In this document: one piece after another, positions 29,644 through 39,829 of the stretch
How positions within the stretch are numbered: position 1 is the first letter of the stretch
Layout: the number at the start of each line of letters is the position of its first letter
From: a bacterium
Lineage (GTDB): Bacteria > UBA8248
Length of the DNA stretch: 64,000 nt
Direction of reading: 5' to 3'
Assembly: GCA_965213625.1 (NCBI GenBank)
Contig: CBDBZU010000004.1
Location: 2,880,001-2,944,000 of the forward strand
Notes under the pieces: model-generated
The model's input: the letters and a program-made list of their open reading frames with translations, nothing else
The model's database searches: none
Told to the model about the DNA's origin: nothing
Position numbers and translations under genes: made by a program

Positions 29644-31506
29644 CTAGGAAGTTCCTTCTTCCGTTTTTTTCTCTTTTTCCCAGTCTTTCAGTGACTTAGG
29701 AAGCTTATCCTTATTCCATTTCTTGGTGATGCGGTAGACCTTCCCGCCCTCGCGCACGTACATGAACGCCGATCCTTCCTTGTCCGCGAAGCGAAACGGA
29801 CCCCACGTTCCGTGGCGGATGTCCCTGCCCGAGAGCTCGACGATAAAGTCTTTGAAATCAGGCGCTTCGCCAGGTTTCGCCTCCCCTTCCCGCTCGAAAT
29901 CCCTGAGGGCGCCTACGAGATCGTTCACGTTCCCGGGCTCGGCCTCCCTGCCCTCTGGGGAGAGGAACCGCCAGGAATCGCCGAAACGCTCGAGCTTCAT
30001 GGAGGAATTATCCGGGAATCGGGCCGTAACCTCTGTAATATCAACATCTTTTGCGTAAAGAAGCAAACGCCGCTCGCTCAGGAAATAGGGCGTTTTCGTG
30101 AGCTTGTCATAATCTTCCTTCTTGACGGCGAACAGGCGTTTTTCCCCATCGATTCGGCCGTACGCCCTCTTCTTATCATTGAGGAATCGCCCAATAATCA
30201 AAGACTTATCCTCCAGAGGCGCATCTTCTTTCTTCTTCAGCCAGAGGGTGAAACGAAGCGGCGCGCCCTTGCCGTCCTCTGACGCAAGGCCGTATTTCGA
30301 CAAGTCACTCCCGGGGTCGTCCACATATTCAATCGAATTGCTCCACTTGATATCCCACAAGAGGTCATCCACGTGCTTGTGGCGGCCGATGAGTTTTTCT
30401 TCCTTCCCATCCGCCGTGGCGACGTGGAGATCCCACTTCTTTTTCGCCTTTCGGACGATGTCTATTTTTTGAGATTTCGATTCAACCAGAAGGCGTGTGA
30501 TGTGGTCGACATCATAATCAATGACGGTTTTATGCCTTAGCGAAAATACGGATTTAGGCAATTCATTGACCGTTTTCTCATTAATGAGCATCACGGGGCC
30601 GCCGGAGAGCCTCCTGGCGTAATAATAAGCTGCTGGTTTTTTCTTGCCGCTCTTTGGCCCGGGCGCTTCCACTTTTCTGTCGCCCAGGATAACCCCGTCT
30701 GCAGGTTTTTGGTTGTCCTCGGTGAAAATGCGTACCGTGAGTCTGGGTTTATCCAGACCATAAGGGGCGAGATTCTCAGGCTTCTCATCGACGAATCTTT
30801 GCACCTTGTCCCATTTCAGGGTGGAAACGATGCCTTCGGAATCGATGGCATCGGCCCTGTCCTGGATGGGTTTCACGAGCGCCCATTCATCTTTGCTCTT
30901 GCGGACAACGGTGTATTCACCGCCATCCTGAGGCTCGACGATCACCTTTTTTGCGCTTTCAGGCATCACCGGGACAATCGATCTGTCCCTTATACTGAAT
31001 ACCGTTTTATCGAATTTGGCGATGTCGGCAAGCTGGAGAGTAAAGATTTCAGGGGTTTTCGCCAGAGCGGCATATCGAAATTCACGCGTGGGGGTTCTGT
31101 CGCCAATATCCAAGGAAACATCTTCCTTGTCTTTCAGCCCAAAGGTGATTTTCATCTTGGGCTTGTCCATCCCGAACTCTGCTTTGTCTTTCACATCTCC
31201 GATACGATTGCGCTCGCGGAGTTTCGTCGCCGCTTCGAGGAGTTTCCCGACCTCATCCGCATCGACGGCGGCATCGACTGGTTTAACGAAACGCCACCCT
31301 TTCTCCGTCCGGATGATTTGGTATGGTTCTTCTTCTCTCGTTACGTCAATTCTGATCAGCGCCTTTTCGTCAATTCCTTTCAGGAGTTTGACCTTTCGCT
31401 CCTCGGCAGCGCGCTCCTCGGACGCCCATTTCACGCCGTAGACGTAATACGCGCTACCAAGGATGACCAATACGAGTAGTAATATGAGATTTTTCTTGGG
31501 GTTCAC
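29644..31506 (-). CDS. DUF4340-domain protein (repeated domain, N-terminal membrane anchor)
   Basis: Repeated (F/Y)G(M/L)DKP...IG...Y...LR(D/H/E) units; last gene of a Gld-like ABC operon. Confidence 0.8.
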   Translation of the reverse strand: MNPKKNLILLLVLVILGSAYYVYGVKWASEERAAEERKVKLLKGIDEKALIRIDVTREEEPYQIIRTEKGWRFVKPVDAAVDADEVGKLLEAATKLRERNRIGDVKDKAEFGMDKPKMKITFGLKDKEDVSLDIGDRTPTREFRYAALAKTPEIFTLQLADIAKFDKTVFSIRDRSIVPVMPESAKKVIVEPQDGGEYTVVRKSKDEWALVKPIQDRADAIDSEGIVSTLKWDKVQRFVDEKPENLAPYGLDKPRLTVRIFTEDNQKPADGVILGDRKVEAPGPKSGKKKPAAYYYARRLSGGPVMLINEKTVNELPKSVFSLRHKTVIDYDVDHITRLLVESKSQKIDIVRKAKKKWDLHVATADGKEEKLIGRHKHVDDLLWDIKWSNSIEYVDDPGSDLSKYGLASEDGKGAPLRFTLWLKKKEDAPLEDKSLIIGRFLNDKKRAYGRIDGEKRLFAVKKEDYDKLTKTPYFLSERRLLLYAKDVDITEVTARFPDNSSMKLERFGDSWRFLSPEGREAEPGNVNDLVGALRDFEREGEAKPGEAPDFKDFIVELSGRDIRHGTWGPFRFADKEGSAFMYVREGGKVYRITKKWNKDKLPKSLKDWEKEKKTEEGTS

Positions 31507-33191
31507 CGCAGTTGCCTTCTCCTGACGTAGACGGCGGCTCCGATGAGGATGATGAACAACGGCATGACCCAGACGGTGAACAAGTGAACGAACCGCCCTT
31601 CCCCACCGGCCAACACGAGAGGTTCGCCCGTACGGCTTTTAGGACGAATGGTAATCAGGTCTTTCTCGCCGCCGAGCCAGTTTATGGTGTTGAATACGAG
31701 ATTCCCATTGCCTTGGGCGCCGATGAAAGCATCGCTCGCAAAATCAGCATCCCCGAAAACGACAATTTTAGCCTCGTTTTTCTCGTTCGTTTTCTTCTGG
31801 GAGGCTGGTGTTTTCGCATCGTCTGCAGCCCCCTGCCCTTGCGCAAGTTTGTAAAGATCCAGCGTGACGGTGACAGCGGCACCGATCGGTACGGGACCAT
31901 CTTTCTTGGTCTTCGGGTCGAAATGAAGTTGACCGTTCTGGAGCGTTATCTCCTCGACGGTAAAACTTCCGGCGCCCGTCTTGACCAACTCCTCGGAATG
32001 CAGCCCCGCCTTGGGCATACCCTTGGCGGATATCTTTCTCACCGTTGGAAACACCGTAGCAAAACCCTTTAATTGCTTGGTGATTTCGTGCAACCCATAG
32101 TTAAGAGCGAACGGCGTGATTATATTTCCGCCTGCCAGCTCGTAGCGAACCGATTCGGGGTCGACGACGAAAGATTGGGGAATTTCAAACCCGTACCTCT
32201 CCAACAGTGTTGTCAGACGCCCCGGCTTCATTCCGGGTTCCAGGAAAACAAGAAGCTTTCCGCCTGATTTGATGTAATCGTCGATATACTTGACTTCAGC
32301 TTCTTCCAGTTCTTTTTGGGGGGCCGCGATAATCAGCATACTGGTATTTTCAGGCACGCCCTTTTTTCTGAGCAGCAGAAGTTCATCCACCTGGTAGTTG
32401 TCATCCCTCATGCCGATGGCCAGCGCCCTCATCGTCTCTCGTCCCTGACCCGTGAAAAGTCGTTCTCCATGGCCCGTGAGGTAATAAACGCGTTTCTGCT
32501 CGGATTGGATGGTTTTCAGAATCGCATTGGCGATCGCGTTTTCCGAAAGGTTAAATATCTTTTCCGATCTGAAGGTCGGTTTCTTCTCCTGGTCGGCGGA
32601 GTTCGATTTGTTCTGCTTCTCGATTTGCTCTTTGCCGAAATGGTGAATCACGACCAATGTGCCATAAGCGTCTGCGTCATATTTCTTGGCGGTGCGCGGG
32701 GAGGCGTCGAGGTTCAAAAACCGGAAAGAGATTTGTTTCGATGCCCGTTTATATTGCTCTAAAATTTCCGTTACCGCAGGTTCTTCAAGTTTGCGTGTAA
32801 AGGCAATGATTTCGATCTGTTTTTTTTCTCTATCGAGTTTATTCAACAGATTGATGGTTTTCGCGGATAGGCTGTAGAAGTTTCCAGGAGTGACGTCCCA
32901 ACGCTTAAAGTATTTGACGCTCACGAGTTCAACGACAACCAAAATAGCGGTCACCACAACGACCATGAGTGCTACCTGTATGCCCGTTCTGGTAGAGCGG
33001 AGCCGGATGCCGCCTTGGAGTTCGCGCCGGGAAATCCACACCGTATAGACGAAACAAACAATTCCCAGGGCGATAATGGCGAACGCCCACCGGGGAGGTT
33101 CAGAAAACTGGTCATGCCCGGCCCAGCCGGATATGCCAATCAGCAATAAGGCGGCTGAGGCAATGAACAAGTAAAGATTTCTATTTTCCAA
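31503..33191 (-). CDS. GldG-family ABC auxiliary protein
   Basis: RWDVT..YSLS..T, VYYLTGHGE, IAAP, GGKLLV, VVFGDADF, N..NWL..LITIRPK, C-terminal TM. Confidence 0.88.
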   Translation of the reverse strand: MENRNLYLFIASAALLLIGISGWAGHDQFSEPPRWAFAIIALGIVCFVYTVWISRRELQGGIRLRSTRTGIQVALMVVVVTAILVVVELVSVKYFKRWDVTPGNFYSLSAKTINLLNKLDREKKQIEIIAFTRKLEEPAVTEILEQYKRASKQISFRFLNLDASPRTAKKYDADAYGTLVVIHHFGKEQIEKQNKSNSADQEKKPTFRSEKIFNLSENAIANAILKTIQSEQKRVYYLTGHGERLFTGQGRETMRALAIGMRDDNYQVDELLLLRKKGVPENTSMLIIAAPQKELEEAEVKYIDDYIKSGGKLLVFLEPGMKPGRLTTLLERYGFEIPQSFVVDPESVRYELAGGNIITPFALNYGLHEITKQLKGFATVFPTVRKISAKGMPKAGLHSEELVKTGAGSFTVEEITLQNGQLHFDPKTKKDGPVPIGAAVTVTLDLYKLAQGQGAADDAKTPASQKKTNEKNEAKIVVFGDADFASDAFIGAQGNGNLVFNTINWLGGEKDLITIRPKSRTGEPLVLAGGEGRFVHLFTVWVMPLFIILIGAAVYVRRRQLR

Positions 33192-33195
33192 GTTC

Positions 33196-33972
33196 CTACC
33201 CTCTCCACCTATAGTATTCAAGTGATCTGAGCACGAGGAAACCACATAAGAGGTTGATGTTGACGAGATAAATAACGTCGCGGGTATCGATGATGCCCCG
33301 AATGAAATTTCGTAAGTGCATGCCTAATGAAAGATGCCTGAGAATCGAAGATAAAGGTTCGCTGGCAGCTATCGCGAGAGCTTCCACCAGGAAAGTGGCG
33401 AGTAGTATCATAAAGGCAAGCATGGCTGCGACGATTTGATTCGAAGTCCATGAACTGGCCAATAGACCAACAGAAAGGAACGCCATGCCCGTCAAAACCA
33501 TTCCCAGGTAAGCCGATAACACGATTGTCCAATCCACGTTGACGAAAGCACTCAGAATAATCGGATAAGCGGTAGTAATTGCCAGCATTATCAAATAGAT
33601 GGATATAACGGAGAGGTATTTGCCGGCGAATAATTGCCCGTTACGCAGCGGGAAGGTGAGCATCAACTCTATGGTGCCCTGTTTTTTCTCCTCACTGAAC
33701 AAGCGCATCGTAAGCAACGGAGCGACGAACAAGAGAATTACAGTGACGCTGGAAAAAACCGGTTCCAGAACGGCGGAAGTCGGCGTGATGTTATATTGAG
33801 CAGCCGCCTGGGGGTTTCTGGCTAATTGCATGGAAATGGTGGCATAAGAGAGAAAAGCGCCGGAATAGAAGAACCCCATCAACACCGTCCATGCGGCGAG
33901 GATCACATAAGCGATAGGCGAGAAGAAAAACGAAGTGAGTTCGCGTCGACATATATAAAAGGTGTTATGCAT
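33196..33972 (-). CDS. ABC-2 permease (GldF-like)
   Basis: RELTSFFFSPIAY, PLLTMRLFSEEKKQGTIELMLTFP, TSNQIVA, GIIDTRD. Confidence 0.9.
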   Translation of the reverse strand: MHNTFYICRRELTSFFFSPIAYVILAAWTVLMGFFYSGAFLSYATISMQLARNPQAAAQYNITPTSAVLEPVFSSVTVILLFVAPLLTMRLFSEEKKQGTIELMLTFPLRNGQLFAGKYLSVISIYLIMLAITTAYPIILSAFVNVDWTIVLSAYLGMVLTGMAFLSVGLLASSWTSNQIVAAMLAFMILLATFLVEALAIAASEPLSSILRHLSLGMHLRNFIRGIIDTRDVIYLVNINLLCGFLVLRSLEYYRWRG

Positions 33973-34945
33973 TTACAGTTTCCTCATCTACAGATTCCTC
34001 ATCGTGTTCGTGCTCCCCGCTGACGATACGAACAAAAAGATCCTCCAGAGTCAGCCTCATCTGGCGAATTTCGGTCAGTTTTCCATCCGTCGCCAAGACA
34101 GCAGCTACCAGGTCAGAGCGAATATCGCCACCACCTTTTGCGTGCACCTCGAAATGCGCTTCCTCACCTGTTGAAGTGCCGAGCGTTTCTACGCGCTCAA
34201 CCCCAGATACCAATTTCATTTTATCGGACAGCGCGTCGGCGACTCCGACTGCTGAAATGCGTATCGTCGAGTCGGCTTGCATGTTTGCCGCCAGCGTATC
34301 GAGAGCCCCCTCTGCAGCTATCCGGCCCTGATGGATGATGACAACCCGATCGCAGACCATATTTACCTCAGGGAGAATATGCGTGCTTAATATAAGTGTT
34401 CGGTTGCCCTTAAGTTCAGAAATCAAATTCCGGATATCAACAATTTGGGCCGGGTCGAGGCCAGAAGTAGGCTCATCGAGAATCAAGACAGGCGGGTCGT
34501 TCACCATTGCCTGCGCCAAACCGACACGCTGACGATATCCTTTAGAAAGATTGCCGATGATGCGGTGGGCGACATCTTCAAGACCGCAACTACCGACCAC
34601 CCTTCGAATGCCTGCATCTTTATCCGCACCGCTCATACCTTTCATGGATGCAACAAAATTCAAATAGGCCCTTACTGTCATCTCTGCGTATAACGGGTTG
34701 GTTTCCGGGAGATATCCGAGATTTTTCTGGGCTTCCAGCGGTGATTCCGAGACATTGATGTCAGCCACCCAGGCGGAACCTGAGTTTGGAGGCATATACC
34801 CCGTCAAAATACGCATGGTCGTAGATTTTCCGGCGCCGTTGGGCCCGAGAAACCCAAGCACTTCACCTTCTTCGACTCGAAAGGATATATCCGTCACACC
34901 ACGGAGATTACCGTAATATTTTGTAAGGTTCTCAACCCGAATCAC
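33965..34945 (-). CDS. ABC transporter ATP-binding protein (GldA-like)
   Basis: GPNGAGKST, LSKGYRQRVGLAQA, ILDEPTSGLDP. Confidence 0.92.
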   Translation of the reverse strand: MIRVENLTKYYGNLRGVTDISFRVEEGEVLGFLGPNGAGKSTTMRILTGYMPPNSGSAWVADINVSESPLEAQKNLGYLPETNPLYAEMTVRAYLNFVASMKGMSGADKDAGIRRVVGSCGLEDVAHRIIGNLSKGYRQRVGLAQAMVNDPPVLILDEPTSGLDPAQIVDIRNLISELKGNRTLILSTHILPEVNMVCDRVVIIHQGRIAAEGALDTLAANMQADSTIRISAVGVADALSDKMKLVSGVERVETLGTSTGEEAHFEVHAKGGGDIRSDLVAAVLATDGKLTEIRQMRLTLEDLFVRIVSGEHEHDEESVDEETVNA

Positions 34946-35111
34946 GAAGAACTCCCTAAAAAATACTGTGCAAAATCATTCGCCACTATGGTGTCCAAGC
35001 CGTTCTTCACTTCTCAGATATCAAGTTGACCTATTCATTTGTGTAAAAAAAACATCCCGAAACTTCTGAGATGAACAGGATAACCCGTTAAATTCTTTAT
35101 TTATCAATACC

Positions 35112-35138
35112 TTGGCACTCGATAGCGCTGAGTGCCAA
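35112..35138. promoter_or_regulatory. CIRCE element (HrcA operator)
   Basis: TTGGCACTC-N9-GAGTGCCAA perfect inverted repeat; consensus is TTAGCACTC-N9-GAGTGCTAA. Confidence 0.85.
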
Positions 35139-35142
35139 AATA

Positions 35143-35171
35143 AAAATAGTCACTTGGCCTTCTTTTGTCAA
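35143..35171 (-). promoter_or_regulatory. sigma70-type promoter of the Gld-like operon
   Basis: TTGACA (35171-35166), 17-nt spacer, TATTTT (35148-35143), immediately followed by CIRCE. Confidence 0.7.
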
Positions 35172-35224
35172 CTATAGAAAAAAACTTTTCTTCCTCTCCA
35201 GGGGTGAAGGGTATTTCAAAGACG

Positions 35225-36229
35225 TCAATTTTTCGTTTGAAGATCGCCTCGGATGGCCGCTTTTTTCAATATCGCAGGAACGTTCAGTATTGTAGGCCCA
35301 TCGAGTTGCAGCGTTATTTCTATATCTTCGCCCTTGCTCAATAGATACTCCCTTTCTCCATCAAAAGCCAACGCGCGATCGGCAGGCGCTCTATAGTGAA
35401 CGCTCTCTCCAATATTGATTATCTCGTGTCCCTTCACATGCGCAGAAGCAACTTGCCCGGGTCCGATGGGAGAGAGGATGAGGCGGTTGCTTTTCCTGTT
35501 CGCCCCTAACTTCAACCACAACCCCACGGGTTCATTCGAATCGATCGGACGCAAACTCGCGCCTAATGAAGACAACCCCAAACGCCCGGGTTCGCTTCTC
35601 GTCAGCGCCACTGAGTCCACACGCTCGATGTCCCAGACTGCACGCGCGCCGTAGAATGATTCCTTGATGATAGCGATATCAACCAGGGCGCTTTCGGAAA
35701 TACCATCAAGGCTCACATGAAGCTGTTTCGTCACCTTTTTCTCGCTTCTGTATACTCTTGGGTGAAGGACATACAAAGCCGCAGCCATACCGGCCACAGT
35801 CCCTTCCCACGAAAACGGAAAGGCATTGTTCGTCCCAGTCGATAACGGGATCAGAGGAATTTTGTTACACCCTTTGGCGACAGCGCGACAAGTACCATCG
35901 CCTCCGAGAATAATGATACATCGAACGCCCAGTTCAGCGAGTTTGCAAGCCGCTTTGGTGGAGTCAGCCGTTTCTCCACTGGCATCCACTTCAAAGAGTT
36001 GCACTTTCGAGTTCTTGTTCTCATGACGAAACCCATCCACTGCGACAGCGCCCAGGGAACCAAGATCGTTGAACATCAGGATATTATCCAGGCCAATTGC
36101 AGTAATCCCCGCCATCACTCGGCGAAGCATCAAAACCTTTTCGTTGTTACTGAAAGAACTTGCCAGCGCTACCAGCCTCCGAATGTCTTTACCTGATTGC
36201 GGGTTCGCGATTATTCCTACACTTGCCAC
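35225..36229 (-). CDS. ATP-NAD kinase-like AcoX-family protein
   Basis: VGIIANPQSGKDIRRLVA, LGGDGT, STGTNNAFP, FDGERE. Confidence 0.85.
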   Translation of the reverse strand: MASVGIIANPQSGKDIRRLVALASSFSNNEKVLMLRRVMAGITAIGLDNILMFNDLGSLGAVAVDGFRHENKNSKVQLFEVDASGETADSTKAACKLAELGVRCIIILGGDGTCRAVAKGCNKIPLIPLSTGTNNAFPFSWEGTVAGMAAALYVLHPRVYRSEKKVTKQLHVSLDGISESALVDIAIIKESFYGARAVWDIERVDSVALTRSEPGRLGLSSLGASLRPIDSNEPVGLWLKLGANRKSNRLILSPIGPGQVASAHVKGHEIINIGESVHYRAPADRALAFDGEREYLLSKGEDIEITLQLDGPTILNVPAILKKAAIRGDLQTKN

Positions 36230-36358
36230 TCCTTCTCCTTTACTTTTCTGCCAGGAAAGAATAACTGGATTCATGTAAAGTCAAGATTACATCGAATCAA
36301 AGAAAAGGGCGAAGCATCACCCATATTCTGTTCACCGATCGATGAAAAGACTCGCGAT

Positions 36359-37714
36359 ATGCAATCAAAACGCAGAAGATCCCTCAGAAGAGAAGCACGC
36401 GCCATCTTCCGGGCCGGACTAAATGCCGTGCATGCAGGTGAAGCTGTTTATCGTCATATGAAAATCGAGAAGGCAAGTGATCAGGAATATCTCCTGATTG
36501 GCGAACAAAGAATATCACTCAGTGGAACGGAAAGAATCCTCGTTTTGGGGGCCGGGAAAGCGAGCTCTCAAATGGCGCGTGCGGTTGAGCGGCGTCTCGG
36601 AAATCGAATTGATGGTGGCGCCGTCGTCACCCAATATGGTTATGGCGAAAAGTGTAGATATATTGAAATTCTCGAAGCTTCGCACCCAGTACCCGATATC
36701 TCAGGCTTGGAAGCCTCCCGGAAAATTGAAAAATTAGCTGCCGACGCCCGGAAAGAAGATATTGTGATATTCCTCCTCTCTGGCGGAGGCTCAGCCCTGA
36801 TGCCTGCACCAGCGCCTGGAGTATCTCTCGAAGACAAACAATCCGCCACGAATTCGCTACTGCGAGCAGGCGCCCCGATAGAAGTTCTCAATTGCGTGCG
36901 AAAGCACTTGTCCGAGCTGAAAGGCGGGAATCTGGCCCGAAAAGTATTCCCTGCCCGTATGATCGTTCTTCTTGTCTCTGATGTGATTGGTGACCCCCTG
37001 GACGTGATAGGTTCAGGTCCTGCTACCGGTGATTCGACCACGTTCTTTCAGGCAAAAGCATACTTGCAACGCTATGGCGTGTTCCAAGAAATGCCGAAAG
37101 CTATCAAAGAAAGGATTGAAGCTGGTTGTAAGGGTGAGATTCCAGAGACCCCTCTCCCCGGAGACAAGATATTCAGTCATGTGAGCCACCATGTAGTGGC
37201 AAACAACAAAATCGCCCTCCAGGCTGCATACGCAAAGGCAAAATCAATGGGCTACGGCGTTAAGATACAAACGAATACTCTTAGCGGCGAAGCCAAAGAC
37301 GTGGGCAAATCGATAGCGGAAGACGCCAAACGGATTTCAGACAATTCACGCAAAATAATCTCACCTCAATGCCTTCTGTATGGCGGCGAAACAACTGTAA
37401 GAGTGATGGGAAATGGCGTGGGTGGGAGGTGCCAGGAGCTCGGTCTGTCTTTCGCCATTGAGATTGCCGGCCATGGAAATATCTGCCTTCTAGCTGCCGG
37501 AACCGATGGAAGAGACGGCCCAACAGAAGCCGCAGGTGCGATCATCGACGGCAAAACAGCTAAAACGGCGCAAAATCAAGGCCTTGACCCTTATACACAT
37601 TTGCGCGATAATAATAGTCATGTTTATCTCCGCCGCCGGAGAGCTTGTATATATACCGGACCAAGTGGAACAAACGTAATGGATTTGGTAATTTTATTGG
37701 TGAATTGCTGTTAA
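36359..37714 (+). CDS. Glycerate 2-kinase (MOFRL/TtuD family)
   Basis: GAGKA, HPVPD, LSGGGSAL, RKHLS..KGG, SDVIGD, GGETTV, GTDGRDG, GTNVMD. Confidence 0.92.
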   Translation: MQSKRRRSLRREARAIFRAGLNAVHAGEAVYRHMKIEKASDQEYLLIGEQRISLSGTERILVLGAGKASSQMARAVERRLGNRIDGGAVVTQYGYGEKCRYIEILEASHPVPDISGLEASRKIEKLAADARKEDIVIFLLSGGGSALMPAPAPGVSLEDKQSATNSLLRAGAPIEVLNCVRKHLSELKGGNLARKVFPARMIVLLVSDVIGDPLDVIGSGPATGDSTTFFQAKAYLQRYGVFQEMPKAIKERIEAGCKGEIPETPLPGDKIFSHVSHHVVANNKIALQAAYAKAKSMGYGVKIQTNTLSGEAKDVGKSIAEDAKRISDNSRKIISPQCLLYGGETTVRVMGNGVGGRCQELGLSFAIEIAGHGNICLLAAGTDGRDGPTEAAGAIIDGKTAKTAQNQGLDPYTHLRDNNSHVYLRRRRACIYTGPSGTNVMDLVILLVNCC

Positions 37715-37785
37715 CGCCTAGCTCTCAGCGGTTATCCGTGATCGCGCGGTTCGCCCAATCGTTGAGAAATCCATAGGACATACTT

Positions 37786-38556
37786 ATGAAGTACATCCAT
37801 CCGGCTATTTTCGCCGTTCTGGCGATATTTATGGCCGCCCAACTGCCTGGCTCCGTGTATGCCCAGCAGAAAAAAATAGTGGTAACGGACTTCGCCTTGA
37901 ATCCGGCTCAGAACAATTCCGACCAATTGCCAAAAGGGTGGGCACTCAAGGTATGGCACGGGAAAGCTGATGTTCGTCTGATCCGGGATAACAACAGACA
38001 TGCGAAAGTGCTTCGCATGAGAAGCGAAAAAGCGTCTGTTTCTATTTACCGGGAAGTGAAACTGGATCTCAAGAAGTTTCCGGTTCTTTCATGGAAATGG
38101 AAAGTAACGAAACTCCCCAAGGGTGCTGATGCAAGGAATGTTGAATCTGATGACCAGGCGGCCGGTATTTATGTCGTATTTCCCCGGTTCCCCAGTTTTC
38201 TCAATAGCCGACTAATTGGTTACGTCTGGGATACGAGTGCGCCTGAAGGGTCGATACTGAGAAGTCGTAGAAACCCAATGGTCCATTATATCGTAGTCAG
38301 AAGCGGTATGGATAATCTCGGCAGATGGATAACCGAAAAACGCAATGTAATGAATGATTATTTTAGAGTTTTTGGTTCTGAGGCGCCCGATGTTGGTGGA
38401 ATCGCGTTGATGATAGATACAGACGATACGCTTTCTAATGCAGAGAGCTATTTTGCGAAAGTCGAATTCAAAGGCGATGTTTCCAGGGTTTCATCTGCTG
38501 AACAATATGACCGCTTCGCTAAAGTAGTCGGCTCCACGGCCTGGGTCTACGAATGA
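37786..38556 (+). CDS. DUF3047-domain secreted protein
   Basis: Signal peptide; PVLSWKWKV, DDQAA.IYV.F, YVW, W.TEKRNV..DY...FG, DTDDT. Confidence 0.8.
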   Translation: MKYIHPAIFAVLAIFMAAQLPGSVYAQQKKIVVTDFALNPAQNNSDQLPKGWALKVWHGKADVRLIRDNNRHAKVLRMRSEKASVSIYREVKLDLKKFPVLSWKWKVTKLPKGADARNVESDDQAAGIYVVFPRFPSFLNSRLIGYVWDTSAPEGSILRSRRNPMVHYIVVRSGMDNLGRWITEKRNVMNDYFRVFGSEAPDVGGIALMIDTDDTLSNAESYFAKVEFKGDVSRVSSAEQYDRFAKVVGSTAWVYE

Positions 38557-38652
38557 AAAAGAACTGACTCGACGACTTTCATTCTCATTACAGGCGCATC
38601 CTGCACGGCAGATAAACAAAGTAACAATTCGGCTGAACTGAGGTTTTGACAA

Positions 38653-39591
38653 TTGCCCGGCAGCGAAATCTATGTTGGCTTCGATCTCGGGGGTTCATTT
38701 CTCAAGGCATCGTCATTCGGTCTGGATGGAGAATTACAAGAGCGCTGCTCCATGGATACGAAACGGTGTCTTCGGGCGGAAGATTACCTCGATTTGTTCA
38801 AATATGCCGCAAAATCCCTCTCTTCGAATAAGCATCTCAAAGGCATCGGGATTGCCGTTGCAGGCGTTCTAGATACGGATGCCGGCAAAATAGTCGACTC
38901 CCCTAACCTGCCCACTCTTAGTAGTGTTCCCCTTCTCGGGATGTTGGAAGATACCTTCTCCCCTGTTCCGCTACAGATGATGAACGATGCGAATGCCGCT
39001 GCGCTGGGGGAATTTTTCGCCGGCGCGGGCGAAGGATACGAGAGCATGTTCATTCTCACATTAGGCACCGGTGTCGGTGGCTGTTTCATTCAAAATGGAG
39101 AGATTTGGTCGGGCGCATCCGGGATGGCGGGAGAAATTGGTCATATGGTAATCGAAAAAAACGGCAAGCAATGCAATTGTGGTTCTCGAGGGTGCCTGGA
39201 AGCATATTTTTCGAGTTGGTCCCTTGAAAAAGATGCCAAAGCCTATGCGGAGCAACACCCGGACTCAGCCATCGGGACGCTCGAAAAAATATCTCCGATT
39301 TCCTTATCAGAACTCGCTGGCTCCGGAAACATCGAAGCAAGGGCAATATGGGAAAATGGTGGTTATGCGCTTGGTATTGGAGTAGCCAACATCATGAATT
39401 TGCTGAATCCGGCAAGCATCGTTCTTGTGGGCGGACTGGTCAACGCGAGGGAGCATTTCCTGCCCACCGCCCAGAAGGCCTGGGAGGAGAATTCTTTCGA
39501 ACAAGCAAGCCAATCTTCAAAAGTTATTTTAGGTATTTTGGGAGAATGGGCGGGCGTCAGGGGCGCTATTCAACCTTTTTTGCAGGAATGA
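38653..39591 (+). CDS. ROK-family sugar kinase (glucokinase-like)
   Basis: DLGG, NDANAAALGE, LGTGVGG, GEIGH, CNCGSRGCLE. Confidence 0.9.
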   Translation: MPGSEIYVGFDLGGSFLKASSFGLDGELQERCSMDTKRCLRAEDYLDLFKYAAKSLSSNKHLKGIGIAVAGVLDTDAGKIVDSPNLPTLSSVPLLGMLEDTFSPVPLQMMNDANAAALGEFFAGAGEGYESMFILTLGTGVGGCFIQNGEIWSGASGMAGEIGHMVIEKNGKQCNCGSRGCLEAYFSSWSLEKDAKAYAEQHPDSAIGTLEKISPISLSELAGSGNIEARAIWENGGYALGIGVANIMNLLNPASIVLVGGLVNAREHFLPTAQKAWEENSFEQASQSSKVILGILGEWAGVRGAIQPFLQE

Positions 39592-39731
39592 TTCTCTCTT
39601 TATTAAAATCAAATAATTGCAAAGCCAGTTGAAATAACTATTTATGGCATTTCCTCATAAGTAAATTCTACATTCCGGGTTTTCCCCTTATCACCCCACT
39701 CAGGTAAAGCTCAGATTTTTCATTTTCTTTC

Positions 39732-39779
39732 TTGACAAAATAAAATGTGTAGATAACAATGTTAAGCGTAACAAACATT
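39732..39779 (+). promoter_or_regulatory. Promoter with overlapping palindrome AATGTT-N10-AACATT (putative DtxR-family operator)
   Basis: TTGACA at 39732; -10-like TAACAAT at 39754-39760; palindrome at 39758-39779. Confidence 0.5.
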
Positions 39780-39829
39780 ATTACCTTAACGCAACAATTG
39801 GACTTTCATCATCAAAAGGGATTTACGCT

